A stretch of DNA of 63,798 bases, counting the filler, from Licmophora abbreviata (lineage: Eukaryota), in NCBI GenBank assembly GCA_900291995.1. It is 18 parts of 18 records of this genome, joined end to end, with 100 filler letters (N's around TTAATTAATTAA, not from the genome) between each part and the next. Parts side by side here need not be neighbours in the genome. Positions count along the whole stretch, not along the records: positions 8,355 to 10,933 come from OLMU01001809.1; positions 11,034 to 14,370 come from OLMU01001810.1; positions 14,471 to 16,930 come from OLMU01001811.1; positions 17,031 to 24,530 come from OLMU01001812.1; 14 more parts are not named here. One strand, written 5' to 3'. The translations under genes and the position numbers were made by a program. The notes beneath the pieces were generated by a model. The model made no database searches, was not told the DNA's origin, and was given only the letters and a program-made list of their open reading frames with translations. Positions 9,876-21,582 of the stretch are shown piece after piece (position 1 is the first letter of the stretch; each line of letters begins with the position of its first letter).

Positions 9876-11324
9876 ATGCTGATCCAGGATCATGACCGGG
9901 CTGGCGGCTATTGGGGGGCGATCTATGCCTTCTGTGCCATCAAGGGCCTGCAGGTGGTCATCGATGGCCCCGTGGGTTGCGAGAACCTGCCCGTGACCTC
10001 GGTGCTGCATTACACAGATGCGCTGCCGCCCCATGAGTTACCGATCGTGGTGACGGGCCTCGGCGAAGAGGAATTGGGGCGCGACGGCACCGAAGGCGCG
10101 ATGAAGCGGGCCTGGGGCACGCTTGATCCGGCACTTCCCGCCGTGGTCGTCACCGGCTCGATCGCCGAGATGATCGGCGGCGGCGTGACGCCGATGGGCA
10201 CCAATATCCAGCGTTTCCTGCCGCGCACCATCGACGAGGACCAGTGGCAAGCCGGTGACCGCGCGATGACATGGCTGTTCACCGAATTCGGAATGACCAA
10301 GGGCAGGATGCCCCGCGAGAAGGCCCGCGAGGATGGCGCCGCGCCGCGCGTCAACATCCTTGGGCCGATGTATGGCACGTTCAACATGCCGAGCGACCTG
10401 CACGAGATCCGCCGCCTGGTCGAGGGGATCGGCGCCGAGGTCAACATGGTGATGCCGCTTGGCGCGCATCTGGCCGAGATGCGCGATCTGGTGAACGCGG
10501 ATGTGAACATCTGCATGTATCGCGAGTTTGGCCGGGGTCTGTGCGAGGTGCTGGAAAAGCCCTATCTGCAGGCGCCCATCGGGGTCGAGAGCACGACGAA
10601 ATTCCTGCGCAAGCTGGGCGATCTTCTGGGGCTGGACCCCGAGCCGTTCATCGCCCGCGAAAAGCATTCGACGATCAAGCCGGTCTGGGATCTGTGGCGC
10701 AGCGTCACGCAGGATTTCTTTGCCACGGCCAGTTTCGGCATCGTCGCCAACGAGACCTATGCCCGCGGCATCCGCAATTACCTTGAGGGTGATCTGGGAT
10801 TGCCTTGCGCCTTCGCTGTGTCGCGCAGCGCCGGGACCAAGACCAACAACGAGGAAGTGCGCGCGCTGATCGGACAGGCGCGACCGCTGATCCTGATGGG
10901 GTCGATCAACGAGAAAATGTATCTCGCCGAGCTNNNNNNNNNNNNNNNNNNNNNNNNNNNNNNNNNNNNNNNNNNNNTTAATTAATTAANNNNNNNNNNN
11001 NNNNNNNNNNNNNNNNNNNNNNNNNNNNNNNNNCTGTTTGATGCGCTGTTCCACATCCTGCCGCTCGGCTCCGGGATGGACGCCACCGCCGCCACGCCGA
11101 CGCCGCTGCGCCGCGACTTCCCCTGGGACGAGGACGCGCAACGCGAGCTCGACCGGATCGTCGCCGGCCATCCGGTTCTGACCCGAATTTCCGCAGCAAA
11201 GACCCTGCGCGACGCCGCCGAGGAAGCCGCCCTGCGGCAAGGCGCCGACCGCGTGGTCCTGGAAACCGTGCAAGCCCTGTCGCCCGAGGGGCGCCAGGCA
11301 CAGCCAGTTCACAAGGAGGACTGA
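9876..11324 (+). CDS. bchZ: chlorophyllide a reductase subunit Z (spans gap 10934-11033)
   Basis: [25 protein letters not shown]-terminal [15 protein letters not shown]. Confidence 0.95.
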
Positions 11325-11328
11325 CATC

Positions 11329-11553
11329 ATGACCGACATGACATCCAACCCGCCGCAGCGCAACCATCACGGCCGTCGCCGCAGCCCGGAATTCAAGGTC
11401 TATTTCGCGACGATCTTCATCGTGGCGCTGCCTTTCGCAACGATCAGTTACCTGCGCGATGTCGGTGCGTACCGCACGTTGAACCTGCGTGGCCCGCTGG
11501 CCCGCGCATGGTCCGAAGCGGATCGCACGACGCCATTCATATTCTCGGCCTGA
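11329..11553 (+). CDS. pufQ: PufQ
   Basis: 74 aa, EFKVYFATIF...GPLARAWSEA..TPFIFSA; between bchZ and pufB; AGGAGG RBS. Confidence 0.9.
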   Translation: MTDMTSNPPQRNHHGRRRSPEFKVYFATIFIVALPFATISYLRDVGAYRTLNLRGPLARAWSEADRTTPFIFSA

Positions 11554-11692
11554 GCACGTCCAAGTGCTCGGTGATCCGAGATCCAAGCTGCCTGTCCGAA
11601 AGGGCGGACAGAAACCTGAGGGACCGTGAAGGCCCCGAAGGCACCCGGCCGCGGGGTTCGCGGCGTCAGCATAACGTTCCGGAGGAAAGTTC

Positions 11693-11842
11693 ATGGCTGA
11701 TAAATCCGACCTGTCCTTCACAGGTCTCACAGACGAGCAGGCCCAGGAGCTGCATTCAGTCTACATGAGCGGCCTTTGGCTGTTCGCGCTGATTGCAGTG
11801 GTCGCACACATCGCGACCTTCATCTGGTTCCCGTGGTTCTAA
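11693..11842 (+). CDS. pufB: LH1 beta polypeptide
   Basis: Manual translation [57 protein letters not shown]. Confidence 0.97.
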   Translation: MADKSDLSFTGLTDEQAQELHSVYMSGLWLFALIAVVAHIATFIWFPWF

Positions 11843-11857
11843 GGAAGGGGTATAGAA

Positions 11858-12019
11858 ATGGCTAAATTCTACAAGATCTGGCTCATCTTCGACCCCCGCC
11901 GCGTTTTCGTGGCGCAGGGCGCGTTCCTGTTTCTGCTCGCAGCGATGATCCACCTCGTGCTTCTGAGCACCGACGGTTTCAACTGGTTTGAAATCGCCGC
12001 TGCCAAGTACGGCGGCTGA
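11858..12019 (+). CDS. pufA: LH1 alpha polypeptide
   Basis: Manual translation [53 protein letters not shown]. Confidence 0.97.
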   Translation: MAKFYKIWLIFDPRRVFVAQGAFLFLLAAMIHLVLLSTDGFNWFEIAAAKYGG

Positions 12020-12038
12020 TCAGCTGATGCAAGACAGC

Positions 12039-12068
12039 GCTGCGGGCGGGGCCTGTCCCGCCCGCGGC
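12039..12068 (+). promoter_or_regulatory. pufA-pufL intercistronic stem-loop (pufBA mRNA decay barrier)
   Basis: gctgcgggcgggg-cctg-tcccgcccgcggc; same position as the known Rhodobacter puf hairpin. Confidence 0.75.
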
Positions 12069-12144
12069 CACCAAGACCAAGTTTAGATCCGGTTGGCTCC
12101 GGGCCAGAGGGCCCCGTGAGTCGCCATATGCGGAGGCTGCGAAA

Positions 12145-12984
12145 ATGGCTGTGCTCAGTTTCGAACGAAAATACCGGGTCCGCGGAGGGACGCTGATCGG
12201 CGGCGATCTGTTCGACTTCTGGGTCGGACCTTTCTATGTCGGCTTCTTCGGTGTCACGGCGGCGTTCTTCGCCGCCCTCGGGACCATCCTTATATTCTGG
12301 GGCGCTGCTCATCAGGGCACCTTCAATCCCTGGCTGATCAACATCGCGCCGCCCGACCTGAAATACGGTCTGGGGCTGGCACCGCTCATGGAGGGCGGTC
12401 TTTGGCAGATCATCACGATCTGTGCGCTAGGCGCCTTCATCAGCTGGGCGCTAAGAGAGGTCGAGATCTGCCGCAAGCTGGGCATGGGCTATCATGTGCC
12501 CTTCGCCTTCAGTGTCGCGATCTTCGCCTATGCCACGCTGGTGGTGTTCCGTCCCGTACTGATGGGCGCATGGGGGCATGGCTTCCCATATGGCATCTTC
12601 AGCCACCTCGATTGGGTGTCGAACACGGGCTACGCCTATCTGCACTTCCATTACAATCCGGCGCATATGCTGGCGGTGACCTTCTTCTTCACCACCACGC
12701 TGGCGCTGGCGCTGCATGGCGGCCTGATCCTGTCGGCGGCCAACCCCGAGAAGGGCGAAGAGGCCAAATCGCCCGATCACGAGGATACGTTCTTCCGCGA
12801 TTTCATCGGTTACTCGGTGGGTACGCTGGGGATTCACCGCGTCGGTTTGCTGCTGGCGCTCAATGCCGGGTTCTGGTCGGCGGTCTGCATCATCATCAGC
12901 GGACCTCTCTGGACCAAGGGCTGGCCCGAGTGGTGGAACTGGTGGCTTGAGCTGCCGATCTGGCCCTCTCAGGTGGGGATGTAA
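12145..12984 (+). CDS. pufL: reaction centre L subunit
   Basis: [21 protein letters not shown]. Confidence 0.99.
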   Translation: MAVLSFERKYRVRGGTLIGGDLFDFWVGPFYVGFFGVTAAFFAALGTILIFWGAAHQGTFNPWLINIAPPDLKYGLGLAPLMEGGLWQIITICALGAFISWALREVEICRKLGMGYHVPFAFSVAIFAYATLVVFRPVLMGAWGHGFPYGIFSHLDWVSNTGYAYLHFHYNPAHMLAVTFFFTTTLALALHGGLILSAANPEKGEEAKSPDHEDTFFRDFIGYSVGTLGIHRVGLLLALNAGFWSAVCIIISGPLWTKGWPEWWNWWLELPIWPSQVGM

Positions 12985-12987
12985 GAA

Positions 12988-13974
12988 ATGCCCGAATATC
13001 AGAACATATTCACACAAGTTCAGGTCCAGGGTCCGCCCGAATGGGGCATGGACAACGAAAACAACATGGCCGAAGAGCGGATCGGCAAGCCGTTCTTCAG
13101 CACCCTGGTCGGTTGGATGGGCAACGCACAGATCGGTCCCGTCTATCTAGGCTGGACCGGGATGATCAGCCTGCTGACCGGTGTCCTGTGGTTCAACATC
13201 GTGGGTCTGAACATGCTGGCGCAGGTCGGCTGGTCGATCCCCGAGTTCCTGCGGCAGGGTTTCTGGCTGGCGCTGGAGCCTCCCGGCCCCGAACACGGCC
13301 TGTCGATGCCGCCGCTCAATGACGGGGGCTGGTACATCATCTCGAGCTTCTTCCTGCTGGTCAGTGTCATGACATGGTGGCTGCGCTCGTACCTGCTGGC
13401 GCAGCAGCACAAGATGGGCAAGCATATCGCCTGGGCCTTCGGCTCTGCGATCTGGCTGTTCCTGGTGTTGGGGCTGTTCCGCCCGATCCTGATGGGGTCA
13501 TGGTCCGAGGCTGTGCCTTACGGCATCTTCCCGCATCTCGACTGGACCACGGCGTTCTCGATCCGCTACGGCAATCTGTATTACAACCCGTTCCACTGTC
13601 TCTCGATCGTGTTCCTGTATGGCTCGGTCCTGCTCTTTGCCATGCATGGCGCGACCATCCTTGCCGTGACCCGCTTCGGCGGCGACCGCGAGCTGGAGCA
13701 GATCTATGACCGCGGCACGGCGAGCGAGCGTGCGGCCCTGTTCTGGCGCTGGACCATGGGGTTCAATGCCACGATGGAGGGTATTCACCGCTGGGCCTGG
13801 TGGTTCGCGGTGCTGACGCCAATCACCGGCGGTATCGGGATCCTGCTGACAGGTACGGTTGTCGATAACTGGTTCATCTGGGCTCAGGAGCACAATTTCG
13901 CGCCGATGTACGATGGGTCTTACGGCTATGAGAGCTTTGGGTCTTATGAAGCCTTCATCGGGCAGGAGGACTGA
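12988..13974 (+). CDS. pufM: reaction centre M subunit
   Basis: [29 protein letters not shown]. Confidence 0.99.
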   Translation: MPEYQNIFTQVQVQGPPEWGMDNENNMAEERIGKPFFSTLVGWMGNAQIGPVYLGWTGMISLLTGVLWFNIVGLNMLAQVGWSIPEFLRQGFWLALEPPGPEHGLSMPPLNDGGWYIISSFFLLVSVMTWWLRSYLLAQQHKMGKHIAWAFGSAIWLFLVLGLFRPILMGSWSEAVPYGIFPHLDWTTAFSIRYGNLYYNPFHCLSIVFLYGSVLLFAMHGATILAVTRFGGDRELEQIYDRGTASERAALFWRWTMGFNATMEGIHRWAWWFAVLTPITGGIGILLTGTVVDNWFIWAQEHNFAPMYDGSYGYESFGSYEAFIGQED

Positions 13975-13977
13975 GCG

Positions 13978-15220
13978 ATGTTTCCCAAATGGTTTGACAA
14001 ATGGAACCGGGACAATCCCACGGACGTCTTTCGTCCGGCGATCATCATCGGCACGGTGGGCGGGGCAGTCTTTGCCGCCACCATGCTGATCGCATGGGGG
14101 CAGCCCTTCGCAACCGACAGCATGCAGACCGGTCCGCGCGGCACGGGGATGTCCGTCCCCGAATTCACCGCCGATCTGGCGAAGCCTGATCCTGATATCG
14201 AGCTTCTGATCGAGGATCCGCCCTTCGTGCCCGAACCGGGTGAAGCCCTGGCCAAGGACATCTACCAGAACGTACAGGTTCTGGGCGATCTGACCGATGC
14301 CAACTTCAACCGGCTGATGGCGGCGATGACCCGGTGGGTCTCGCCCGAGCAGGGCTGCGCCTATTGCCACNNNNNNNNNNNNNNNNNNNNNNNNNNNNNN
14401 NNNNNNNNNNNNNNTTAATTAATTAANNNNNNNNNNNNNNNNNNNNNNNNNNNNNNNNNNNNNNNNNNNNGAGCAGGGCTGCGCCTATTGCCACGGCGAT
14501 GGCGACATCGATACCTACGGCGAGGACAACCTTTACACCAAGGTCGTCGCCCGCCGGATGATCCAGATGACGCAGAACATCAACGAGGCATGGGACGGTC
14601 ACGTCAACGCCAACAAACAGGTCGGCGTGACCTGCATGACCTGCCACCGCGGCGAGAACGTTCCCAGCGACATCTGGTTCAAGATGGGCGATGTGAACGA
14701 GACGATGGCGGGCTGGTCGGCCAATCAGAACCGGGTGACGGCACAAAGCCAGTTCACCTCGTTGCCTTCGGACGCGCTGGAGAAATACCTGCTCGATGGC
14801 GAGGCGATCGGGGTGCACGATCTGGAAAGCCGCGTCGCGGGTATTCCGGGCGAGGATGGCTATCCGGGCATCCAGCAGGCCGAGCGGACCTATTCGCTGA
14901 TGAACTATGTCAGCAACTCGCTCGGGGTGAACTGCGTGTTCTGCCACAACAGCCGCGCCTTCTATGACGGTGCGCAAGTGACCCCGCAATGGGCCACCGA
15001 AAGCCTTGGCATCCAGATGGTGCTCGAGATGAACAACGACTATCTCGTGCCGCTTGAGGATCAGTATCCGCCCGAACGCCTTGGGCCGGTTCATGCCGAT
15101 GCGCCGAAAGCGGCCTGTGCGACTTGCCACAAGGGCTATCAGCAGCCGCTGCAGGGCACGAACGTCATCAAGGACTGGCCGGAACTGGCCACGACGGGCG
15201 TGCCGGATTACGGCAACTGA
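13978..15220 (+). CDS. pufC: RC-bound tetraheme cytochrome c (spans gap 14371-14470)
   Basis: CAYCH, CMTCH, CVFCH, CATCH; N-terminal hydrophobic anchor. Confidence 0.95.
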
Positions 15221-15230
15221 GCTGAAACTG

Positions 15231-15260
15231 GGAACGGCGCGCCATACCGCGCGCCGTTCC
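15231..15260 (+). terminator. puf operon terminator-like hairpin
   Basis: Perfect 12-bp stem ggaacggcgcgc-catacc-gcgcgccgttcc 10 nt after the pufC stop; weak U-tract. Confidence 0.7.
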
Positions 15261-15333
15261 GTTCTCATCGCGCCGCCTGCGTCCCGATCCCGTTGCGCGG
15301 GCGACGCCAGAGCCACCGAAAAGGGGGGCCGCG

Positions 15334-16930
15334 ATGCCCAGCGAAAAACCACACACACCGTTGCTCGACCGTGTTGCAGGTCCGTCGGACCTGCGCCAGA
15401 TGCCGGACCGCGATCTCGCCCGGCTGGCCCAGGAGTTGCGATCCGAGGTGATCTCGGCCGTGTCGGAAACCGGCGGCCATCTGGGATCGAGCCTTGGCGT
15501 GGTGGAACTGACGGTGGCGATCCACGCGGTGTTCAGCACCCCGATGGACAAGCTGATCTGGGATGTCGGCCATCAATGTTATCCGCACAAGATCCTGACC
15601 GGACGGCGGGACCGTATCCGCACGCTGCGCCAGAAGGACGGGTTGAGCGGCTTCACCAAGCGATCCGAGTCGCCCTATGATCCGTTCGGGGCGGCGCATA
15701 GCTCGACCTCGATCAGTGCCGCACTTGGCTTTGCGGTGGGGCGCGACATGGGCCAGGCTACGGGCGATGCGATCGCGGTGATCGGCGATGGGTCGATCAG
15801 TGCGGGCATGGCCTATGAGGCGATGAACAATGCCGGGCACGAGGGGCGGCGGCTGTTCGTGATCCTGAACGACAATGAAATGAGTATCGCGCCGCCGGTG
15901 GGGGCGATGTCGTCCTATCTGAGCCGGCTTTATGCCAACGAGCCGCTGGCGCGCATGGCGTCGCTGGCCGAAGGCTTCGAGGCGGCGATGCCTGCACCGA
16001 TGCGCGAGGGCGCCAAGCGCGCCCGCCAGTTGGTGACCGGGCTGACCGGATCAGGCACCTTGTTCGAGGAGCTGGGCTTTGAGTATGTCGGGCCGATCGA
16101 CGGGCATGACATGGATCAGCTTTTGCCCGTGTTGCGCGCGGCGCGGACCCGCGCCACCGGGCCGGTCTTGATCCATTGCTGCACGGTCAAGGGCAAGGGC
16201 TATGCCCCCGCCGAGACCAGCAGCGACAAGTATCATGGCGTGGCGAAATTCGATGTGGCGACCGGCACGCAGACCAAGTCATCGGGCGGCACACCGTCCT
16301 TTACGTCGATCTTCGGGCAATCGCTGACCGAAGAGGCCGCGCGCGATCCCGATATCGTGGCGGTCACCGCCGCGATGCCCTCGGGCACCGGGCTTGACGT
16401 GATGGCCGCGAGGTTCCCTGCGCGCGTCTTTGACGTGGGTATTGCCGAGCAGCACGCGGTGACCTTTGCCGCAGGGATGGCGGCGAGCGGGTTGAAGCCG
16501 TTCTGCGCGATTTATTCCACGTTCCTGCAGCGCGGCTATGACCAGGTGGTGCATGACGTTGCCCTGCAGGGCTTGCCGGTGCGCTTCGCGATTGATCGCG
16601 CGGGGCTGGTGGGGGCGGATGGCGCCACCCATGCGGGCGCCTTTGACATCGGTTATCTGTCCAGTCTGCCGGGATTCACCTTGATGGCGGCGGCTGACGA
16701 GGCCGAATTGAAGCATATGGTGGCCACGGCAGCCGCGCATGATGGGGGGCCGATCGCTTTCCGCTATCCGCGCGGATCGGGCATGGGCGTCGAGATCCCC
16801 GAGCGCGGCCAGGTTCTCAAGATCGGCAAGGGCCGGGTGCTGCGCGAGGGCACGGATTTGGCGATCCTGTCTTATGGCGCGCATCTGGCGGAATGCATCG
16901 AGGCCGCCGACCTGCTGGAGCGCGAGGGGC
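15334..16930 (+). CDS. dxs: 1-deoxy-D-xylulose-5-phosphate synthase (3' end in gap)
   Basis: [39 protein letters not shown]. Confidence 0.97.
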
Positions 16931-17030
16931 NNNNNNNNNNNNNNNNNNNNNNNNNNNNNNNNNNNNNNNNNNNNTTAATTAATTAANNNNNNNNNNNNNN
17001 NNNNNNNNNNNNNNNNNNNNNNNNNNNNNN

Positions 17031-17452
17031 CCGACCGATGCAAGGTAGGCCCAGACGTTGACAGCGTCTTCTTCCTTGCGGACCTTGTAGGTCATTTTCC
17101 CACGACCGTCTTCGCCGGTATGCTCCTTGAGCCAGTCGGTCGGCTCCTGAACGTAGCCGACGAAGCTTGCCTCATCCCATGCAAGACCCTGTTCGCCTGC
17201 CGCGATCAGCAGGTCAGAATACCGGAAATCTTCAACAGAACCGGCCGTGCGGCCAACAATACCATACAGGTTTGGCCCGACGCGACCGCCCTTGACGATG
17301 TTGTTGCCGTCGGCATCGGTGATCATGTGGCAGGCCTTGCACTGATTGAAGGCCTTTTCGCCCGCGGCCGCGTCGCCGCTGGCGTGATCATCCGCAAATG
17401 CCGGCGCGGCCAGAGCCACGGCGGTCAGAAGCGTTGCATATTTCAGTTTCAT
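17031..17452 (-). CDS. cycA: cytochrome c2 (3' end in gap)
   Basis: Signal peptide, GDAAAGEK, CKACH, GPNLYG, KMTYK. Confidence 0.9.
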
Positions 17453-17536
17453 CCGAAACCTCCCTTGGTTGCTCTGGCATAGTCAGGTAGCTTTACGCGC
17501 CCGATGTCAACCGTGTGATTGCCGGAAAAGGCAGGA

Positions 17537-18751
17537 TTATGCTACTGCGTGAGCAATCGCGCATTGCTTCCAGAGCACGGTCAGCGCCTCGACCAGATGG
17601 TCGATATCGGCGTCGCTGTGCAGGGGGCCGGGGGTGAAGCGCAACCGTTCGGTGCCCTTGGGCACGGTCGGGTAATTGATCGGCTGCACATAGATGCCCC
17701 AGTCGCGCATCAGGATATCCGCCAGCATCCGGCATTTGACCGGATCCTTGATCATCACCGGGATGATATGGCTGGGATTGTCCAGATGCGGAATGCCCCG
17801 GCGATCCAGTTGCGCGCGCAGGCGCGCGACGCGGTCGCGCTGTTGCTGACGTTCGATCTCGGATGTTTTGAGATGCGCAATCGACGCTGTCGCCGCCGCC
17901 GCGACAGCCGGGGGCAGGGCGGTGGTGAAGATGAAGCCGCTGGCAAAGGAGCGGATGAAATCGCACATCGCGGTCGAGCCGGTCACATAGCCGCCCATGC
18001 AGCCATAGGCCTTGCCGAGCGTGCCTTCGATCAGGGTGATGCGGTCGGCCAGCCCCAGCTCTTCGCTGACGCCGCCGCCGCGCGGGCCGTACAGGCCCAC
18101 GGCATGCACCTCGTCGAGATAGGTCATCGCACCGTGCTTTTCGGCCACTTCGACGATCTCGGCCATCGGGCAGATATCGCCATCCATCGAATAGACGGAT
18201 TCGAAGGCCACGATCTTGGGCGCGTTGGCGGGCAGGGCCGACAGCTTGCGGTCCAGATCCTCGGGGTCGTTATGCTTCCAGATGACCTTGCTGGCGCGCG
18301 AATGGCGGATGCCTTCGATCATCGAGGCGTGGTTCAGCTCGTCGCTGAGGATCACCGCGTCGGGCAGGCGACTGCCCAGCGTCGAGAGCGCGGCCCAGTT
18401 CGACACATAGCCCGAGGTGAACAGCAGCGCGTCCTGCTTGCCGTGCAGATCGGCCAGTTCGCGTTCCAGTTTGACATGCAGGTGATTGGTGCCCGAGATG
18501 TTGCGCGTGCCACCTGCACCGGTGCCGCATTGGTCGATCGCATCTTTCATCGCCTGCCGCACGATCGGGTGCTGGCCCATGCCGAGATAATCGTTTGAGC
18601 ACCACACCGTCACTTCGTCGGGGGCTTCGTCATCATGGCTTATCGCCCTGGGGAATTCACCGCAGCGGCGCTCGAGCTCCGCGAAGATGCGGTAGTTCCC
18701 TTCTTCTTTCAGCGCATCCAGCTGCGCATTGAACATGGCGTCAAAATCCAT
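17537..18751 (-). CDS. hemA: 5-aminolevulinate synthase
   Basis: [35 protein letters not shown]. Confidence 0.96.
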   Translation of the reverse strand: MDFDAMFNAQLDALKEEGNYRIFAELERRCGEFPRAISHDDEAPDEVTVWCSNDYLGMGQHPIVRQAMKDAIDQCGTGAGGTRNISGTNHLHVKLERELADLHGKQDALLFTSGYVSNWAALSTLGSRLPDAVILSDELNHASMIEGIRHSRASKVIWKHNDPEDLDRKLSALPANAPKIVAFESVYSMDGDICPMAEIVEVAEKHGAMTYLDEVHAVGLYGPRGGGVSEELGLADRITLIEGTLGKAYGCMGGYVTGSTAMCDFIRSFASGFIFTTALPPAVAAAATASIAHLKTSEIERQQQRDRVARLRAQLDRRGIPHLDNPSHIIPVMIKDPVKCRMLADILMRDWGIYVQPINYPTVPKGTERLRFTPGPLHSDADIDHLVEALTVLWKQCAIAHAVA

Positions 18752-19553
18752 GAGGTCCCTCCGGTCTTGTCTTGTGTTGTGATGGCTTGGGCGCGGGAAG
18801 CATCCAGCGCCAGAGTTTCGCATCGGGCAGCGGCAACACCATGAGCCAGTGTTCCAGCAGCGCGAGCAGGGTGATGGCGGTCAGCAGGGCAAAGCCCGCG
18901 ATATCACCGGGCGTGGTGGCGGCATAAAGCCGTTCCAGCCAGCACGCGGCGGCGAATGTCAGGGCGGTGATCGAGATCGGAAAGACCCAGTTCAGCCGCG
19001 AAATCCGGAAATGGCTGGCCAGATGGCCAAGCGCTTCGGGCAGGAATTCGGTATTGATCCGCGGCACGCCGAAATAGAGGTTAAGCTTGGCCGAGATGCG
19101 CGCGAAATAGAGCGTCGTGAAGGTCCACAGACCGAAGGTATTCTCGGCCCCGTAGCCATAGAGCCACATGATGACCACAACCGCCGTCAGCAGGGTTTCA
19201 TGATAGGCGATGGTGCCCCATGCGCGCAGGAAGCGTTCCCATTCGGGCAGATCGTCGGGGCAGACCCGCAGGTTCGGCCCGGTGATCGCACCGGTCAGGA
19301 AGGCCAGTTCGATCCAGCCCCAGATCGCCAAGGCGGCCAGAAACGCCCAATAGGCCGCGGCCAGGGTTTCGGAGGGCAATGTCGCCTCGAACCCCCAGAT
19401 CCCGACCACCAGCATCGGCAGACCGGCCAATGTGGCGATGATCCGCGCGCGCCCGCCCGAGCGGTCGGCGTAACGGACCACCATCAGGATCACGCCGGTG
19501 GAGAACCACCAGATGAAGAGCGCGAAAAGGGCGGCGATCCATGGGCTTGTCAT
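18741..19553 (-). CDS. puhE: photosynthetic complex assembly protein PuhE
   Basis: [32 protein letters not shown]. Confidence 0.9.
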   Translation of the reverse strand: MTSPWIAALFALFIWWFSTGVILMVVRYADRSGGRARIIATLAGLPMLVVGIWGFEATLPSETLAAAYWAFLAALAIWGWIELAFLTGAITGPNLRVCPDDLPEWERFLRAWGTIAYHETLLTAVVVIMWLYGYGAENTFGLWTFTTLYFARISAKLNLYFGVPRINTEFLPEALGHLASHFRISRLNWVFPISITALTFAAACWLERLYAATTPGDIAGFALLTAITLLALLEHWLMVLPLPDAKLWRWMLPAPKPSQHKTRPEGPHGF

Positions 19554-19653
19554 GTGCGCGCCCCACAACACGGCCTGAGGCACGGCACGCCGCGCGCGGC
19601 GCGAAGGGTTGCCCCCCCGCACCACGTGGCGTGATATGCCGAGGCGCCGCGCA

Positions 19654-20778
19654 TCAGTAGGCCGGCTCCATCCGGGTGCTGGCGGGCACCTGATGACGCT
19701 TGGCGGGGATGAAGAAGAGCCCCGCAAAGGCCGTGGCCGCCCGCGCCTGCGCCGACACTTGCCGCAGCATGGCGCCTACGCCGCTGTCCTGCTTGGCACG
19801 CGCCAGATCGGCGTTCGCCTTCTGCAGCTTGACCAGCCCGGTCTGCCAGCGTGGATTTTCGATATCCAGCGTAATCGGGAAGATCTGCTTGGTCAGCACG
19901 CTGGTCTTGGTGAAGACCTCGTGGGCGTACCAATCGGGATCGACGCCAAGCGCCTCGTGGAAGGCCGGGCGCTGATGATCGCGCACATACATCGTGGCAT
20001 AGACCGCGGTGAGAAAGAACTTGATCCACCACACATTGACGCCCGATGTCAGTTTGGGGTCGGTCTTCATCAGTAGGGCGAAGGCCTCGCCATGGCTGAA
20101 CTCGTCATTGCACCACTCCTCGAACCATTTGAAGATCGGATGGAAGCGATGCTGGGGGTTCGCCTCGAGATGGCGGAAGATCGTGATATAGCGGGCATAG
20201 CCGATCTTTTCCGACAGGTAGGTGGCGTAGTAGATGAACTTGGGCCGGAAATAGGTGTATTTCTTCTTCTGGGTCAGAAACCCGAGATTGACCGCAACAC
20301 CCGCTTCACGCAGCGCGTCATTGATGAAGCCTGCATGTCGCGCCTCGTCGCGCGCCATCAGCTGAAACAGCTGCGTGATGTCCGAATTGGACCCGCGCCG
20401 CTTCATTTCCTTGTAGAGAACGCAGCCCGAGAATTCGGCGGTGCAGCTGGAGATCAGGAAATCGATGAATTCCTTCTTCAGCTTGGGCTCCATGTTGTCC
20501 CAGTCGACGTGATCCCAGTCTTCGTTCTTCTTGAAATGACCCTTGTTGGGGTCGCTTTCCATCTGGTCGATCAGATGATCCCAGTCCTCGCGCACCGAGC
20601 TGACGTCGATTGCGTCGAGCTCGTCGAAATCGGTGGTGTAGAAGCGCGGGGTGAGCAGGGTGTTCTGCATGGCCACATCGGTGGCGGCCTTGCTGTCGAA
20701 CTTGGACTGCTCTTCCTGAATGGCGAGACCTTCCTCGACGGTTGTGGCGTCGGCGGAGTGCTTGGGCTGCATGTTCAT
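19654..20778 (-). CDS. acsF: aerobic Mg-protoporphyrin IX monomethyl ester cyclase
   Basis: LTPRFYTTDF, SCTAEFSG, DEARHAG, DEFSHG di-iron motifs. Confidence 0.97.
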   Translation of the reverse strand: MNMQPKHSADATTVEEGLAIQEEQSKFDSKAATDVAMQNTLLTPRFYTTDFDELDAIDVSSVREDWDHLIDQMESDPNKGHFKKNEDWDHVDWDNMEPKLKKEFIDFLISSCTAEFSGCVLYKEMKRRGSNSDITQLFQLMARDEARHAGFINDALREAGVAVNLGFLTQKKKYTYFRPKFIYYATYLSEKIGYARYITIFRHLEANPQHRFHPIFKWFEEWCNDEFSHGEAFALLMKTDPKLTSGVNVWWIKFFLTAVYATMYVRDHQRPAFHEALGVDPDWYAHEVFTKTSVLTKQIFPITLDIENPRWQTGLVKLQKANADLARAKQDSGVGAMLRQVSAQARAATAFAGLFFIPAKRHQVPASTRMEPAY

Positions 20779-21071
20779 AGCGTCACCTCCTCGGAGAAGG
20801 AGAATTCGCACAGCTCCATCACTTCGAAATCGCCGGTCAGCCGTGTCCAGAGCTGTTCCAGCTTGGAGGCGCGGAAGATGATCGCGTCGCGATCCTCGGA
20901 TACGATTTCGCCGAAGGGGGCCATGATCTCGGGCCCCTGAACCTTGACCTCGTCACCCGGATAGATGACGGCCCCGTTGTTGAACCGCACATGCGCGTGC
21001 AGCGACTCGAATTTATGACTGATTTCCACAGTGCACGGCGCGTGCTCTATTTCCTTGGTAAGCCATCCCAT
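20775..21071 (-). CDS. conserved small PGC protein between puhC and acsF
   Basis: 98 aa, CTVEISH..LHAHV; GGAGG RBS; overlaps acsF start. Confidence 0.8.
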   Translation of the reverse strand: MGWLTKEIEHAPCTVEISHKFESLHAHVRFNNGAVIYPGDEVKVQGPEIMAPFGEIVSEDRDAIIFRASKLEQLWTRLTGDFEVMELCEFSFSEEVTL

Positions 21072-21087
21072 TCTTGGCCTCCTTTCC

Positions 21088-21561
21088 CTATTGTGCCAGA
21101 AGCCGCGCGAAGGCTCTGGCGTTATCTACACCGAATCCCATTAAATCGGCGCCCCAGCCTGTGCTGGGATCCTGGATCTCGACCCGGCCATTGTCGCGGC
21201 GGATCAAGATGACGGGCCCGTCAAGGGCCACGCGATGCTTCGTGCGTTCGCGCAGAACAACGCGCCAGACGCCCGAAATGAAACCGCCCTCAGCGGGCGT
21301 CAGGTCGGCAACAAGCGTGCCGTCTAGATTGTGAACCGTGGCTGAGCCGGACATGTCGCCCGCCAAGATCACCTCGCGGCTGACCACGATCTCGCCCTCG
21401 GGGGGCGTCGCGATCAGCGGGCGGTCGGTGACCCGGGCGTAGGTGACCAGTGCAAGCACGGTGAGGACAAGGGCCAGCATGGCGCGCGTCATGACGCGCG
21501 GGATCAGCTCCTTGTCGTGGGGGTTGCGGCGCGGTTGGCCGTGGGTGTCGATCTGGGTCAT
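21088..21561 (-). CDS. puhC: photosynthetic complex assembly protein PuhC
   Basis: One TM helix, GGFISGVWRV, DPSTGW..LMGFG.DN. Confidence 0.9.
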   Translation of the reverse strand: MTQIDTHGQPRRNPHDKELIPRVMTRAMLALVLTVLALVTYARVTDRPLIATPPEGEIVVSREVILAGDMSGSATVHNLDGTLVADLTPAEGGFISGVWRVVLRERTKHRVALDGPVILIRRDNGRVEIQDPSTGWGADLMGFGVDNARAFARLLAQ

Positions 21562-21582
21562 GGCGGTGTCCCTTTCGTCTGT

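Noticed and set aside
14347..14494. Apparent duplicated CAYCH (fifth heme motif) in pufC
   Set aside because: The same 24 nt flank both sides of the gap, indicating unmerged contig overlap
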